Shown piece after piece: positions 9,887-21,701 of a stretch of 64,000 nucleotides of DNA; the first letter of the stretch is position 1; every line of letters starts with the position of its first letter. Under the pieces are notes generated by a model. That model did no database searches, was not told where the DNA came from, and was given only the letters and a program-made list of their open reading frames with translations. The stretch spans positions 416,001 through 480,000 of the forward strand of contig CP067995.1 of NCBI GenBank assembly GCA_045159875.1, in the 5' to 3' direction. Origin of the DNA: a cyanobacterium endosymbiont of Rhopalodia gibba (GTDB lineage Bacteria > Cyanobacteriota > Cyanobacteriia > Cyanobacteriales > Microcystaceae). The position numbers and the translations under genes were made by a program.

Positions 9887-12163
9887 AGTTTCTAGACTAA
9901 ACGGATAATATTAACTTTTTTTATTGTAGTGTACTTAGTGTGGTAGAGAACACTCGAACAAAGGAAGTAACGAGAGTAGGGTAGGCAAAACATAATAAGA
10001 TGGGTTAATCAAAATAATGCCCATCTTACAAGACTAAGCTCAATAATAATTAAACCTCAATAGTGATTCGATGTAATAAAATAATCTATTTTTTTGCTTT
10101 ACCCTAAAAATTCCATAGTAGTAATCACAAAAAATTACATGTTTAAAACAAAGGAGGTCTTAAAGAATTATTAACTTTATCTTTTGCGCCAATAACCAAT
10201 AATAGAACTTTCTATGAAGTTTATCATGCAATTCTTTATTCTGTTCTCAGAATCTCCAATAAGTAGATATGAAAATATATTTTATATGTAGATTAATTGT
10301 CAAATATTCTATTTTAGATTAATCTAAATACAGTTGATTATGTATTCTTTATATACTTATTTGCATACGTTAATTTTTTTTTGTTTTTGGTAATTTTAGG
10401 TCAGCTATTTTTATAGATTTTTATGTTAATAAAAATAATTGTTTAAATTCCTAATAAACTATTAATGCAATTTAAATTGTTTTCCTTTTTACAGGAAATA
10501 TAAATGAATAAATTATTGTAAATATTAATTGCGATTGAAGTTATCACCAGATAAGTCGATTATAGAATCGAGAGGTTTGAATAGAAAACAGACAATACTG
10601 GATTCAAAATATAAATTTAACTCTTTCACACAATTCAAGGACATCAGTGGGATAAAAGCGATCTGAATTTATTCACTATAAGAATAGTTAAGTTTGTTTA
10701 AGTGTACTCTAATTAAAGTTGAACGATAGAAAAATTATTTGAAAATTGCTATTCTCAAATAATGGTCTGTTCAAGACACAGGATAACACAATTAGAATAT
10801 CGCTAAACATCAAACTTAACGCGCAATAAAAAAATATTATAAAACAATAACAAGAGCAGATATATGATGTTCAAATACAACCGAATAGAAAGTCAAATAA
10901 AAAGAGAGTAAAGTGAAATTAACTTTCAAAAGAGTACGTAAGATAAAAAATTCAAAAGAGAAAGTAATAAAAGTTAATACTGGAATTGATCCATCCCCTA
11001 AAAAAACTTATTTTCAGATCTTACATTATTCATAAAAGAATATGAGGTTAAGTTTAAAAAATATAAAAAATAAATTTTAGTTTGCGTATTTAATGACTGT
11101 TTAATATAAAAAAATAGGAGATAAAAATATTTTTTTATATTAAGAAATAATCATGTATCAACATATATAGAATGTTTATCTAATTTTTTAAAATTTTTTG
11201 TAACAAAATTATCTAAATATATTTCCATATATTTCTTCGAAAACATCTAATATTTTTTTAAAAAAAACTTGTTCTCAATTTTAGATTATATTCGATATTT
11301 ACAAATTTTTAATATTAAATTGATGGCTATTTAAAGTCGTTGAATATAGACAAATACTATTATATTAATAATCATTAAAGAGGCAAGTAAGCTGTCAACT
11401 CATAGTTAGAGAATAAAATCCTTCTTGTAAAGAAAGCTAAAATAAAGCTCGACAATAATAGAGAAATTAGTTAGTTTAGATTTAATCCTAATTTTTAACA
11501 TGGTTAAATAATATTTAGACTTTTTTGTTTGGTATTTAGTTTATCAATTCCTTGGCTTCTAATTCTTAATAAACAATCTTTCTATTTATAGACTATTTGA
11601 TCCTAAGCGTAACTCGATGATTTTTCCCACTGACATAGCTAATTCATATTTATCTTCTTTTGTTCTTGGCTATTCCTCCCTAATTCTATTCAATTCTGGA
11701 AAATAAGAATATAACTATCATCTTTGCAACTCTTTAAAGTTAATCTATATCTAAATATTTTTTTTATTTCTAATAAACTACATACATTAGTTAATTAGAG
11801 TTCTTATGACTAACTATGTTTGTAGTTATCACTTTTAAATCTAAAATATACATCAGTATAATACTGCTTATTTATGTCCAAGCTATAGCACGACACAAAA
11901 ATATTGGGTAAACTTTGAAAGTAGTCTCTACACATTCTCTAACGGCTTTAACTTCAGGTAGTATTTTTGGATTTAAGTTTTTACAACAAACCATTAATTC
12001 TTAATTGTGTTTAAATTTGGAGAGTTATGTAGAAAATATCGTATTTTACGTCGAGTTTATTATATTATTTCTCTAATAGGGTTTTTCTATAAAAATTAGT
12101 TTTATATCAAATAATGATATCTTCTGGTTCCCATTGGGGAGTTAAGTTTGGAGACAATTAAAC

Positions 12164-12257
12164 TTCAAATAAATCTTTATTACAACCTATTTTCAAATAA
12201 ATCTTTATTACAACCTATTAATAAATAAATCTTTATTACAACCTATTAATAAATAAA
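12164..12257. repeat. 28-bp tandem repeat, about 3.3 copies
   Basis: (ttc/aat)AAATAAATCTTTATTACAACCTATT at 12164, 12192 and 12220, plus a partial fourth copy; no spacers. Confidence 0.9.
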
Positions 12258-12593
12258 AAAATATTTTTTATTTATAAAATATCAATCTGAATAGTATTTT
12301 TATTTTATAACCTAGAATATTTGTCATATAAAACTATTACCATATAAATATTTTTTTATTAAAAAATAATACTTTATCTCTGATAGCTTTCTATTATTAG
12401 TAATTTTCTTTTAAATATTTATCATTCTAGTTTATGAAATTTCTTTTTAATCTTTTGTTACTTACTGTTTTAACCATAGATTTAAAGTATTAGGACTAAT
12501 CCCAAATAAATAACATATCCTGTTTTTTAGTATTCTATTTGTACGGCTTAAATAACTTTTTGGCGTAGATAATAACTATAAGGTATTGGCACG

Positions 12594-12675
12594 AAGTATA
12601 GCACTTATTTTAGTATTTTATTACTTCTTTTATGACTAGAAAAGTATCCTAATCTTTTTGCGTAGTGCTATACTT
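12594..12675. repeat. 12-bp inverted repeat enclosing 58 bp (possible MITE-like remnant)
   Basis: AAGTATAGCACT (12594-12605) and AGTGCTATACTT (12664-12675). Confidence 0.5.
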
Positions 12676-12922
12676 AGACTGGGTCTACTAAATTAGTAGC
12701 TAATAACTTGCAAAACTCTTATTCTGAACTTTGTTTATTACAATGTTGGCACAGCTAGGCTAAAAGCACCTAATCAATTGAGTTGAGCACTAACCTGTCT
12801 AACCTTCACTAAAATCGAGAGTTAATTTTTATAGCTTATTTTGGTAATAAATTTACTTGCAAAGTAGTACGTCATATTTGACGTTTTGTCTTAATTTCTG
12901 ATTACCGATTTCTCAATCACTT

Positions 12923-13969
12923 ATGACTGATTTTAACCTAACTTGTCCGATACCCTTAGATCAATATCCTCAAGTCTTACTTGCTCATGGAGGAGGAGGG
13001 AAATTGATGCGGCAGTTGCTCGAAAAAATGATTTTTCCTGTCTTTAATCCTACTCAAAATACTCCTCCACATGATTCTGCTGTTTTGGATTTAAACGCTA
13101 ATAAAATTGCTTTTACTACCGACTCCTACGTTATTCATCCTCTCTTTTTTCCCGGGGGAGATATTGGTAGTTTAGCTATTAACGGAACTGTCAATGATTT
13201 AGCTATGAGTGGGGCGCGTCCTCTTTATATTAGCGTGGGGTTTATCTTAGAAGAAGGACTGCCGATGGAAATCCTTTGGAATGTTGTTCAGTCCCTACAA
13301 AATTCTGCTCAAATTGCTCAAGTTAAAATCATCACTGGAGATACTAAAGTAGTTGATCGAGGGAAAGGAGACGGGGTATTTATAAATACTGCAGGAATCG
13401 GTATAATCGAACATGATCAAACAATTGCAGCTCAAAGTGTTCAACCAGGAGATGCTATCCTAATCAGTGGAGATTTAGGCCGCCATGGTATCGCGATTAT
13501 GGCAGTACGAGAGGGGCTGGAATTTGAAACGACCATTGAAAGTGACTGCGCTCCTCTAAATTCTGTTATTTTAGCTATGTTAGAGGCCAAGGCAAACATT
13601 CATTGCCTACGAGATCTCACCCGTGGCGGTCTAGCCAGTGCCCTAAATGAAATTGCAATGGGTGCAGGGGTTATTCTTAACATTCAAGAAAACGCTATTC
13701 CGGTACGTGAAGATGTCCAGGGGGCGTGTGAAATATTAGGATTTGATCCTCTCTATGTGGCTAATGAAGGTCGATTTGTAGCGTTTATTCCTCAAGACTC
13801 TGTAGACACTGCTATGGAAATTATGAGATCACATCAGCAATATCCCTGCATTATTGGGCAAGTTACAGGAAGAGGATCAGGCATGGGGTTAGTCACCTTA
13901 GAAAGTAAAATTGGGTCCAGTCGTATTGTTGATATGTTAAGCGGAGAGCAATTGCCCAGAATTTGTTAA
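12923..13969 (+). CDS. hypE: Hydrogenase maturation protein HypE
   Basis: LAHGGGG, FTTDSYV, GDTKVV, RDLTRGG motifs and C-terminal GEQLPRIC. Confidence 0.96.
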   Translation: MTDFNLTCPIPLDQYPQVLLAHGGGGKLMRQLLEKMIFPVFNPTQNTPPHDSAVLDLNANKIAFTTDSYVIHPLFFPGGDIGSLAINGTVNDLAMSGARPLYISVGFILEEGLPMEILWNVVQSLQNSAQIAQVKIITGDTKVVDRGKGDGVFINTAGIGIIEHDQTIAAQSVQPGDAILISGDLGRHGIAIMAVREGLEFETTIESDCAPLNSVILAMLEAKANIHCLRDLTRGGLASALNEIAMGAGVILNIQENAIPVREDVQGACEILGFDPLYVANEGRFVAFIPQDSVDTAMEIMRSHQQYPCIIGQVTGRGSGMGLVTLESKIGSSRIVDMLSGEQLPRIC

Positions 13970-14051
13970 GATTTCGAGTATGCGAGCAGGGGCGTTCTCG
14001 AAGAGTGTCAAAGTCTACGATTATCCGCCCCACCTCAAACCCTTTGATACA

Positions 14052-14465
14052 CTAACGAACAACCTGACATAAGACAGGAGATTTTTTCGTTTCTTCGGTT
14101 GCTATTTCTACGGCCATTGCTGCTAATGGAGGGACAGACTTGCTAGAGGAACTGCGTTTTGGTCTCAGGTTTCTACGAGAACTCTTCGGCGATGGGCTGT
14201 CCATGGTGAAGTTATAGGCTTTCCAGTTGCTTCCAGGACTCCATTGAGAGTCCTCTGTCACGACTAAAACTGCTCCAGAAATCAGTGAATCACAAGCTGT
14301 TGCTTGAATACAAAAGTGAGTCCAGGGAGAGCGCAAAAGAAAAACAGGAACTTGCTTCCCATTAGCACTACCATTGGTATAACCAATCAAAAAACGACCT
14401 TCTTCAATGAACGGTCCGAGTTGCGGATATTGTTCGAGGAGACGGAGGATTGCTTGGGAAGCCAT
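14052..14465 (-). CDS. Hypothetical protein (137 aa)
   Basis: ATG-started ORF with coding-like GC content; no motif recognised. Confidence 0.65.
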   Translation of the reverse strand: MASQAILRLLEQYPQLGPFIEEGRFLIGYTNGSANGKQVPVFLLRSPWTHFCIQATACDSLISGAVLVVTEDSQWSPGSNWKAYNFTMDSPSPKSSRRNLRPKRSSSSKSVPPLAAMAVEIATEETKKSPVLCQVVR

Positions 14466-14532
14466 AGATTAATATCAATAATTTAACTCAGAAGAGCGAT
14501 CACAACGATGCTTACACTACTTCTTGACCATA

Positions 14533-14575
14533 AGAATAGAAAAATTTGTCTACCAAGATTAGTATCAAATGTGAC
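14533..14575 (-). promoter_or_regulatory. Possible NtcA/CRP-type class II promoter
   Basis: Minus strand GTC-N8-TAC (one mismatch to GTA-N8-TAC), then 23 nt, then TATTCT as -10, upstream of the 14465 start. Confidence 0.3.
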
Positions 14576-14693
14576 GGAATCACCATTTTGTCTTTAAATG
14601 TTATGTAAACTTGACAAATTTATTCCCTATTTAAGATTCAATAAACGTAGTTGATTACTTTTTGTTACAAAAAACTTAAATTGCTAATGTTTT

Positions 14694-15395
14694 TTAACTG
14701 GCTGGCACTTTCTTAACTGGACTCACTTTTGCCTTATACAGCAAATTTTTCCCATGACGATAGCCAATATAACGAATGATGACAGTTTCTCCAGGTTCAA
14801 CATAACCACTTCCTTCTAATAATTGATGACACAGAGGATCATAAGGTACTTTTTCTCCTGCTACTGCAATTGTTTCAACATTCCATTGTTTAAGTAACTC
14901 GATAATTGGTTTAACTAGAGGCAATAGTTTCACAGCAGAGAGTTGAGGATTTTTTTGAGCAATCATTGCTGCTGTTGGCCATTGTAAAAGCCAAGATTCT
15001 AGAGCTTCTAAACTAGATTTTTGAAAGTCTTCTTCTAGAGTTTTTCTTTGTTCATTCAATTGCTGTTGTAGTTGTTGATATTCTTGCCTAACTTTCTCTA
15101 AATTTGATAAATTAAGAGCTTTACTTTCAAGTTGAGAAGGGATTAAGGACTTCAACAAAGATTGATCTCTACAAAATTCACTCAGTAGTTGTTCGATGGG
15201 AACTTTTAACACTTTAGATAATCTTAATAGATTTTCAATAGACATTTTAGGCAGTAAACCCACTAAAAGGCGATTTAATTCCCATTGGGAAACATCGGAA
15301 ATTTTGGCCAACTGACTAAAGTTAGATATTTGCGCTTGCTGCATTAACTGCAACAACTTTCGATGATTGGCTTGATAAGTTGTTGATTGTTTCAT
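14694..15395 (-). CDS. Cro/C1-type HTH protein with coiled coil and GrpE-like C-terminus
   Basis: N-terminal HTH (SQLAKISDVSQWELNRL...LLRLSKVLKVPIEQL); C-terminal GrpE-like motif (GEKVPYDPLCHQ...GETVIIRYIGYRHGKNLLYKAKV). Confidence 0.75.
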   Translation of the reverse strand: MKQSTTYQANHRKLLQLMQQAQISNFSQLAKISDVSQWELNRLLVGLLPKMSIENLLRLSKVLKVPIEQLLSEFCRDQSLLKSLIPSQLESKALNLSNLEKVRQEYQQLQQQLNEQRKTLEEDFQKSSLEALESWLLQWPTAAMIAQKNPQLSAVKLLPLVKPIIELLKQWNVETIAVAGEKVPYDPLCHQLLEGSGYVEPGETVIIRYIGYRHGKNLLYKAKVSPVKKVPAS

Positions 15396-15789
15396 AAAAG
15401 ATTAGGATTTTTTAATAAATAACGTTTCTTTTTTAACTACGCTAAGTATTGTTTCACCGCATCAACTAATTCCTTGAATAACGACCATTTTGAGTTTACC
15501 CTAACTTTGTCTGTGTGTCTTCTCTCTAGTTTATAGGTCTTGACTCGTGACATTTTGGGACAAACTGTATTATTTAGTCATAAAATTAATGTTATTAAGT
15601 TTCAACAGTAATGAAAATTGCGTGCTTTTTTGCCGAAATTAGTTGTTTACCTCAACTATTCTACAAAGTATCTCTATTTTGATCAGAGAAATGCTAAAAA
15701 CTCAGATTTTTAGGTTCTATTGTGAGTTTAGGAAGCCCGCGCTGTACGCTTATGTGACTCATTGAGAAGAATATGAGGGTTAACTGCTA

Positions 15790-16839
15790 TCATTCAGTCA
15801 TTATTTTCAAACGGACTATTTTTTCCCCCGTACTATCTAGTTGCACTTCAATAACTTCACTGTTTAAAGATTCCAGGCAAGTTAACATTGCTCGTAAATT
15901 AGGATTACCTGCTCCCGTATCTACATATAGCCTATCAGCCAGACTCCCTACCCGCTTCCAAGTAGTATAAAGTTTCGCTACGGCTTGTTCAAGTTGGGTG
16001 GCTTGTTTAACCAAATCAGCAGTCGTAGTCAAACAATCTAATCTTAACGCCTCTTCTAACGCCATTTCAAGGTCAATTGAGCGATTTTTAAAAGTTTGTA
16101 CTTTTGCTGCCGCATCGAGATATTTTGCCAAATTTCGTGCTTCTGAAGTGAGAAGTTTAACAGTATCAACATCGGGACTTTCGGCAACTTCTTTTTGAAT
16201 TACGTTGAGGTGGCTATCGGGCAACTTTTCCATCTCTTTAACTAGAGGAACTAAATTACGGGCTGGTATAATTCCCTCAGAAGCTTTCTCTTTAACTTTA
16301 TCTGGAAGTAATTCCGAACTCATAGCTGTCCATTGATCAGAAAGTTGTTTAACTTCTCGTCGGGTGATGTGATCACCATTTTGGGCAGCTTCACTAACTA
16401 ATTTTTGCACTTCAGGATCGGATTTAGCTGTTTCGATAAATGCCCGTTTACTAAAATTATTGATGGAATTTGGATTCAGCTGTCCTTCTGCCAACAGGGT
16501 ATCTGCACTATTAGCAAGTTGAATGAGAGCATAAGCTTGACTTTTAGTGATTTCTCTTTGTTTAAGCCAATTGAGAAATCCCGTCCCTCGTCCGTCTCCA
16601 CTTTTTTTTTCACGATCACGGATAGCCCGTAAAATACGCCCTCGCCAAATGTCGGTTTGTAAGTCAAAGCGCTCACAAACAGTCCAGACGGCATCTAGCT
16701 GTTGCTGAAAGTCCATCTCCGCAATAGCTTCGTCTTCAGGATTAGGGAGCTGGAAGTTAAATTCTATAGGGTTTTTGAGGGCATCAATAATTTCATCAGG
16801 AGAAGGAGGAACAGCGGTCATATCGATTTTAGGTGTCAC
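15790..16839 (-). CDS. Conserved cyanobacterial hypothetical protein with a DUF3102-like helical motif
   Basis: 349-aa intact ORF; the segment GRILRAIRDREK...GFLNWLKQREITKSQAYALIQLA resembles DUF3102. Confidence 0.7.
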   Translation of the reverse strand: MTPKIDMTAVPPSPDEIIDALKNPIEFNFQLPNPEDEAIAEMDFQQQLDAVWTVCERFDLQTDIWRGRILRAIRDREKKSGDGRGTGFLNWLKQREITKSQAYALIQLANSADTLLAEGQLNPNSINNFSKRAFIETAKSDPEVQKLVSEAAQNGDHITRREVKQLSDQWTAMSSELLPDKVKEKASEGIIPARNLVPLVKEMEKLPDSHLNVIQKEVAESPDVDTVKLLTSEARNLAKYLDAAAKVQTFKNRSIDLEMALEEALRLDCLTTTADLVKQATQLEQAVAKLYTTWKRVGSLADRLYVDTGAGNPNLRAMLTCLESLNSEVIEVQLDSTGEKIVRLKIMTE

Positions 16840-19368
16840 TGATTCAGTTGTTTGTGAGTGAAATCATGATAACTGGGTTTTAGAGTCCTCTATCATATCA
16901 TCTGAATTGAGAGTTATCGGCATTTTGTTAAATTGTTGACCAATTGTAATGTAAGCTTCGACAAGAATCAGAAACATAGTTGTTATTTTTAATATCTAAA
17001 GTTGACAATTATCTAGGATGGTAACTACCAATAATTAAAACTAAAATTATTTATCAAAACAAAAAAATCGAAAATATATTATCTTTTAACTATTTCTCTT
17101 TACCTAAGTTTTTTTTAAAAAAAATATAATTTTGTAGCTTAAAAAAAAGGTTAATAAAACAGTGTGAAAAACTTTAATTTATTGGATATTTAATCTTAGA
17201 GATACTTCTACGCTAGTCGTTAACTGTTTCAAGAAAAAAACACTTACTGGGTCAAATATTATTAATTAGTTTAACTGAATTTTGTTTTTAAGTGAAAAAA
17301 AATTGCGAATAACTAACAAGTTTACGGTTATCTCCGTCGCCTTTAATTAACTCAAGGATTAATAAATTTTCTCAGTAATATATAATGATATCTGGTCTAA
17401 ATTACTAATATTATTTTAGACGACTTTTGTTCCATATAACTAAGTATTTAAAAACTCAGTATACCTTACTCTAAAATAGATGGCAGACTTACATAAAAAT
17501 AGAATCAATAAGACTGATTTCTGTAAATTTTCTGTTGTGAGTTTTCTAAAAACAGCACAATAACATCATTGTCTAGCTCACCAATCACGCAAGACGATAA
17601 TAGCTAGCTATATTAGAAAATATTTTTTCCATCATAAAAAAATATATTTCAAATAAAATTCTTTAAAGATTCATATTCTGAGCTATAAAAAGTAACCTTA
17701 ATAATTATACCTTTATCAATTTTTTTGAAAAATTACTAGTAATAGAGAAACATAACATAGAAGTTATGTATTAACAAATTACACTAAATATAATATGTAT
17801 TGAATCTAAAATAATGGCTAAATATATTGTATTAATAATTAATATGCTAAATTTAACTGCTATAATATTGAGCTTAAATTAATCTGACAAGATAATCATC
17901 TAGCTAATTAATAATTCCTATTAATTAGCTCTTTTACCTTCACTATATTTAACTTAATAAAAGATTAAAAGGTATTATAAGATATTCAAGTTTTTTTATA
18001 GTTTTTAACTATAAGTTAACTGATTAAACATAACTATTTTAATGCTAAAAAATAACGTTTAATAACTAAGTGAGTTATTTTTCATTCGATAAATGGACTT
18101 TCATTAGCTTTGTTTGAGTTGTTACTATTCTAGTAGAATAACATGTAAGATTAAACAATATTTTATTAAATATTTTTTAAATTTAATTTTTACATTTTTT
18201 TTTGATTATTATCTCATTTATCTTTGTCTATAAGTTTTTAACTCATTGGTATTTTTTGGAATTTATACTTGTAAATTTTTATGTATTTCTATTATCAAAC
18301 CTAATCCTTAGTTATATTATAAATAATAAAAAATATAGAATCAACAATTACAGCTTAAATATTAAGATTAGGCAATTAAATGTCAAGTAACAAAAAATTT
18401 ATATTAACAATGAGAAAAATAAACTTTAATAAGATAATTATGATTTAATTACTATTTTTTTTACTAATAGCATTTAAAAATTAAAAACTACTTTCTATTT
18501 ATTTCTAATAAATAATATGAGAAACCTATCAAATTTATATTTTTTTATGAATGATAAGCAATGAAAACTAACATTTTTTAGTATTTATTTATGATTGTGC
18601 TCCAGATATAGAAAGTCTTTAATATGAAAGAATAAAGAAATAATTAATTATTGTAATTGTTTAAAACAAGCAGATATTAAACCATTAGAAATAACAGCTG
18701 AGAAATTTTTAAATCATCATAAACAAGTTTTAGTTATTACTCAAAACCAAACCATACAAATTAAACTAATCAATTCAATCAAAGTTAAATAAACTGCCAC
18801 ATATAATATTACGAATATGTATTAAAAAGAATTAAAGATAACTTTAGTTAACTAGTATCTCAAAATAAAACTATGTAGAATTCTATAGATAGTATTTTTA
18901 TACTATCTATAGATTTTTTTTTCACTATACATGCTCATCTCATTTTATCTTCCTCTTATCTCCGATCTCCGGTTTTTCCTTGTACCAAGTCTCTTAGTAA
19001 ACTACTTTGAGAAAGTATAGATAAAACTTGCTATTTTAATAGTAAAAAAGCTTTTTTTTAGAAAATTATTTAACGAATAAAGTACGTCAGGTAAATTATT
19101 GTTACTATTCGTTAATTTTATAGTAAACAAAAGTAGAAAATTGCACTTTACAAAATTTATATAATCTTGAAAATTATATCTTTACCAAAAATTTATGATA
19201 ACAGTTTTGGAAGTTATTAGCTACTAATTTATTAGCTCCAATCCAGAAGAGCTGTTATTTCCATAACACATAAAAATTTAAAAAAGCTAGGTGCATTTTA
19301 GTAGTAAAATACCAAACTAAATGTATTAAGATTAACTCAGAGAAAGTTTCTTGAAAAATAAAATTCTT

Positions 19369-21567
19369 TTATTTTTCAAGAAACTTTCTCTGAGTTTTCT
19401 GAGCTAACAATTTGGCGATCTCAGGATTATAAATTCGAAGATAATTCCAGTAATTGCCAAATACAGATTCTACATAACTTTTTGTTTCTTGGAAGGGTAT
19501 TTTTTCTACAAATACATCAGGATCACTAACCTGATATCTTCTTCTCCATTTTGAAACATTGCCAGGACCTGCATTGTAACTAGCAATAGCTAATAACGAA
19601 TTATTACTATAGGTCTCATGAGTGTAGTTTAAATACCAGGTTCCTAAATTAACATTGTCGTTAGGATTGCTCAAGAAATAGTTTTTTAAAGCTATTTTAT
19701 TAGCTACCCATTCACCTGTTGTTGGCATCACTTGCATTAATCCTTTTGCTCCCACTGGCGAGGTAATTTCTGGTTCAAAACGGGATTCTTGACGGATTAA
19801 AGAGGTGATTAACAAAGGATTGATTTTACGTTGTTGAGACCAATCAATAATAGTTTGATAGAAAGGAAAAGGAAAAAGTGCGTGCCAATATTCGGGGGTT
19901 TCTCTAAGTTTTTGCAATTGTTTTTTTGATTCAGGTCCGTCTTTATTTTGAAGACTCCAAATTTGATTAATTCCTTGTAGGTTTTTTCCTTGTACGAGTT
20001 TCAGTAAAGCATCAGTAAAAGATTCATTAACACTTAATTCAGAGCGATCATTCATTTCCGCTTTAAATAACGTGATAGCATCCTCATCTTGTCCTAGACG
20101 ATATAGTTCTTTGAAAATGTCCGATCCCGCCGGAGGAACCGAACGGATATCAGGTTTAGCGACGGTGGGTAAAGTGTGACGTATGGTATTAAAATTTCCC
20201 ACATTCCAGCCTAACTGAACTGCTGATCGCCAAGCATAGTAAGATTGAGGATGATGGGAAATAGCATGTTCAAAAGCCGTTTTAGCATCCTGTGATCGCC
20301 CTAACTGTTGCGCCCATTTACCTACCCAAAAGGCCGCTTTGGGAGCGAGGGAACTGTTAGGATTATTAGTTGTGATAGGTTGCGCCCAAGTCCAGGCTTT
20401 GAGGACATCTCCTCGCTCAGCAGCTGTTTTCGCCACACTCCAACGATATTTAGCGGTTGCGTCGGACTTGGGATGTTTAACTAGTAAGGTTTCTCGACTT
20501 TTAGCTGCCTCAGCTTTGCGCCCTATCTCATCTAATAACTTAGCCTTTTCTATTAAAGCATCGCCCGCTTCATCAGGAAATTGTTTAATAATTTGGTCAA
20601 AGTAGCCAATTGCAGTTTCAGATTGAGATAGTCTGGCGAGTCGTTTCAGGGCTGTTGCTGTTTCCGGTGCTTTAGGAAACTCTAATAATAAGCGTTGATA
20701 GCCTGCCTTTACCTCATTTTTACTATCATTGTTGGGTTGAATCTGTTGTCCCCTAGCAATGCGATAGAGATTTTCAGGAGTGGCCGGGGCTTTTTTGTAA
20801 GCTTGGGCGGCTTTATTATAGTCGTTAGTTGTCCAATAGCCATCAGCGATCACTTGCCAGTTTTGGGGAGTTAATTGACTAGCATAGTATTGAACTAGAC
20901 GATCACGGATAGGGTTAGTCTTAGGGGTGTTGGCATCATACTTAGCCAATAGAATCAACAATTGAAGTTGTTCTGGGTTTTCTTGAAAACGCTGACGGAT
21001 AATCTTTTGAGTACTAGGATGTTGAGGAAATTTTTCAATTGCCTGCTCCCAATATTGGGGATCATATTTTCCTAATTTGTAGAGTGCTTCTGCGGCAACT
21101 AAAATATCAGGATAGGTTTCAACCAGTATTTTCCAGGTTTTTTGAGCTTTATCTATTTCATTAGTGAGTTCATACCCTCGTCCCCGTTTGAGGAGGATAT
21201 AAGGAATTAGTACAGGATATTCTTTGTCTAATCCTTCAAGTTTACGTAAAGCTGGGCCACCTTCATACTTTCGAAGTAAATCAATCGCCAATAAATAACG
21301 ACCGCGACTGCGTTCCAAAGAGAGAGTATCAGACTCAGCAATTTTTTGCAGTTTTTGCTGTCTTTGTTCTGAGGAAATCTCAGCTAAAGTCAGAACAATA
21401 GAGGGTTTATTAGGATCTTCTTTGAGAGCTTCTTCAATCTGTGTTTGTTGCCTGTGCTCGAACCATTCTACTATTTTAGGAACCAGGAAAATGCTTCCAA
21501 CAATTGTGATTCCTAGAATTCCTAAACCAGCAAAAAGGAAGTTTTTTTGTTTTAGTGACTTAAGCAT
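19369..21567 (-). CDS. Soluble lytic transglycosylase with TPR-like repeats
   Basis: N-terminal TM segment, helical repeats, SLT motifs IRQESRF, GAKGLMQVMP, ASYNAGPG, PFQETKSYV. Confidence 0.92.
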   Translation of the reverse strand: MLKSLKQKNFLFAGLGILGITIVGSIFLVPKIVEWFEHRQQTQIEEALKEDPNKPSIVLTLAEISSEQRQQKLQKIAESDTLSLERSRGRYLLAIDLLRKYEGGPALRKLEGLDKEYPVLIPYILLKRGRGYELTNEIDKAQKTWKILVETYPDILVAAEALYKLGKYDPQYWEQAIEKFPQHPSTQKIIRQRFQENPEQLQLLILLAKYDANTPKTNPIRDRLVQYYASQLTPQNWQVIADGYWTTNDYNKAAQAYKKAPATPENLYRIARGQQIQPNNDSKNEVKAGYQRLLLEFPKAPETATALKRLARLSQSETAIGYFDQIIKQFPDEAGDALIEKAKLLDEIGRKAEAAKSRETLLVKHPKSDATAKYRWSVAKTAAERGDVLKAWTWAQPITTNNPNSSLAPKAAFWVGKWAQQLGRSQDAKTAFEHAISHHPQSYYAWRSAVQLGWNVGNFNTIRHTLPTVAKPDIRSVPPAGSDIFKELYRLGQDEDAITLFKAEMNDRSELSVNESFTDALLKLVQGKNLQGINQIWSLQNKDGPESKKQLQKLRETPEYWHALFPFPFYQTIIDWSQQRKINPLLITSLIRQESRFEPEITSPVGAKGLMQVMPTTGEWVANKIALKNYFLSNPNDNVNLGTWYLNYTHETYSNNSLLAIASYNAGPGNVSKWRRRYQVSDPDVFVEKIPFQETKSYVESVFGNYWNYLRIYNPEIAKLLAQKTQRKFLEK

Positions 21568-21701
21568 TCCATTCCCCGAACAACAGTTAAATATATATTA
21601 TTAACCCTTCTTGGTTTATTTGGGGACGTTTGCATAGAGATTATCCATCTATTTTTGCTGTGCATTTCTCAATGAGATCACCGAGTCTTGTTTATTTAAA
21701 G

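Noticed and set aside
12164..12257. CRISPR or iteron hypothesis for the 28-bp repeats
   Set aside because: No spacers and no adjacent rep or cas gene; simple tandem duplication.
18202..18390. 62-aa ORF
   Set aside because: I/F/N/K/Y-rich chance ORF in an AT desert with a non-ATG start.
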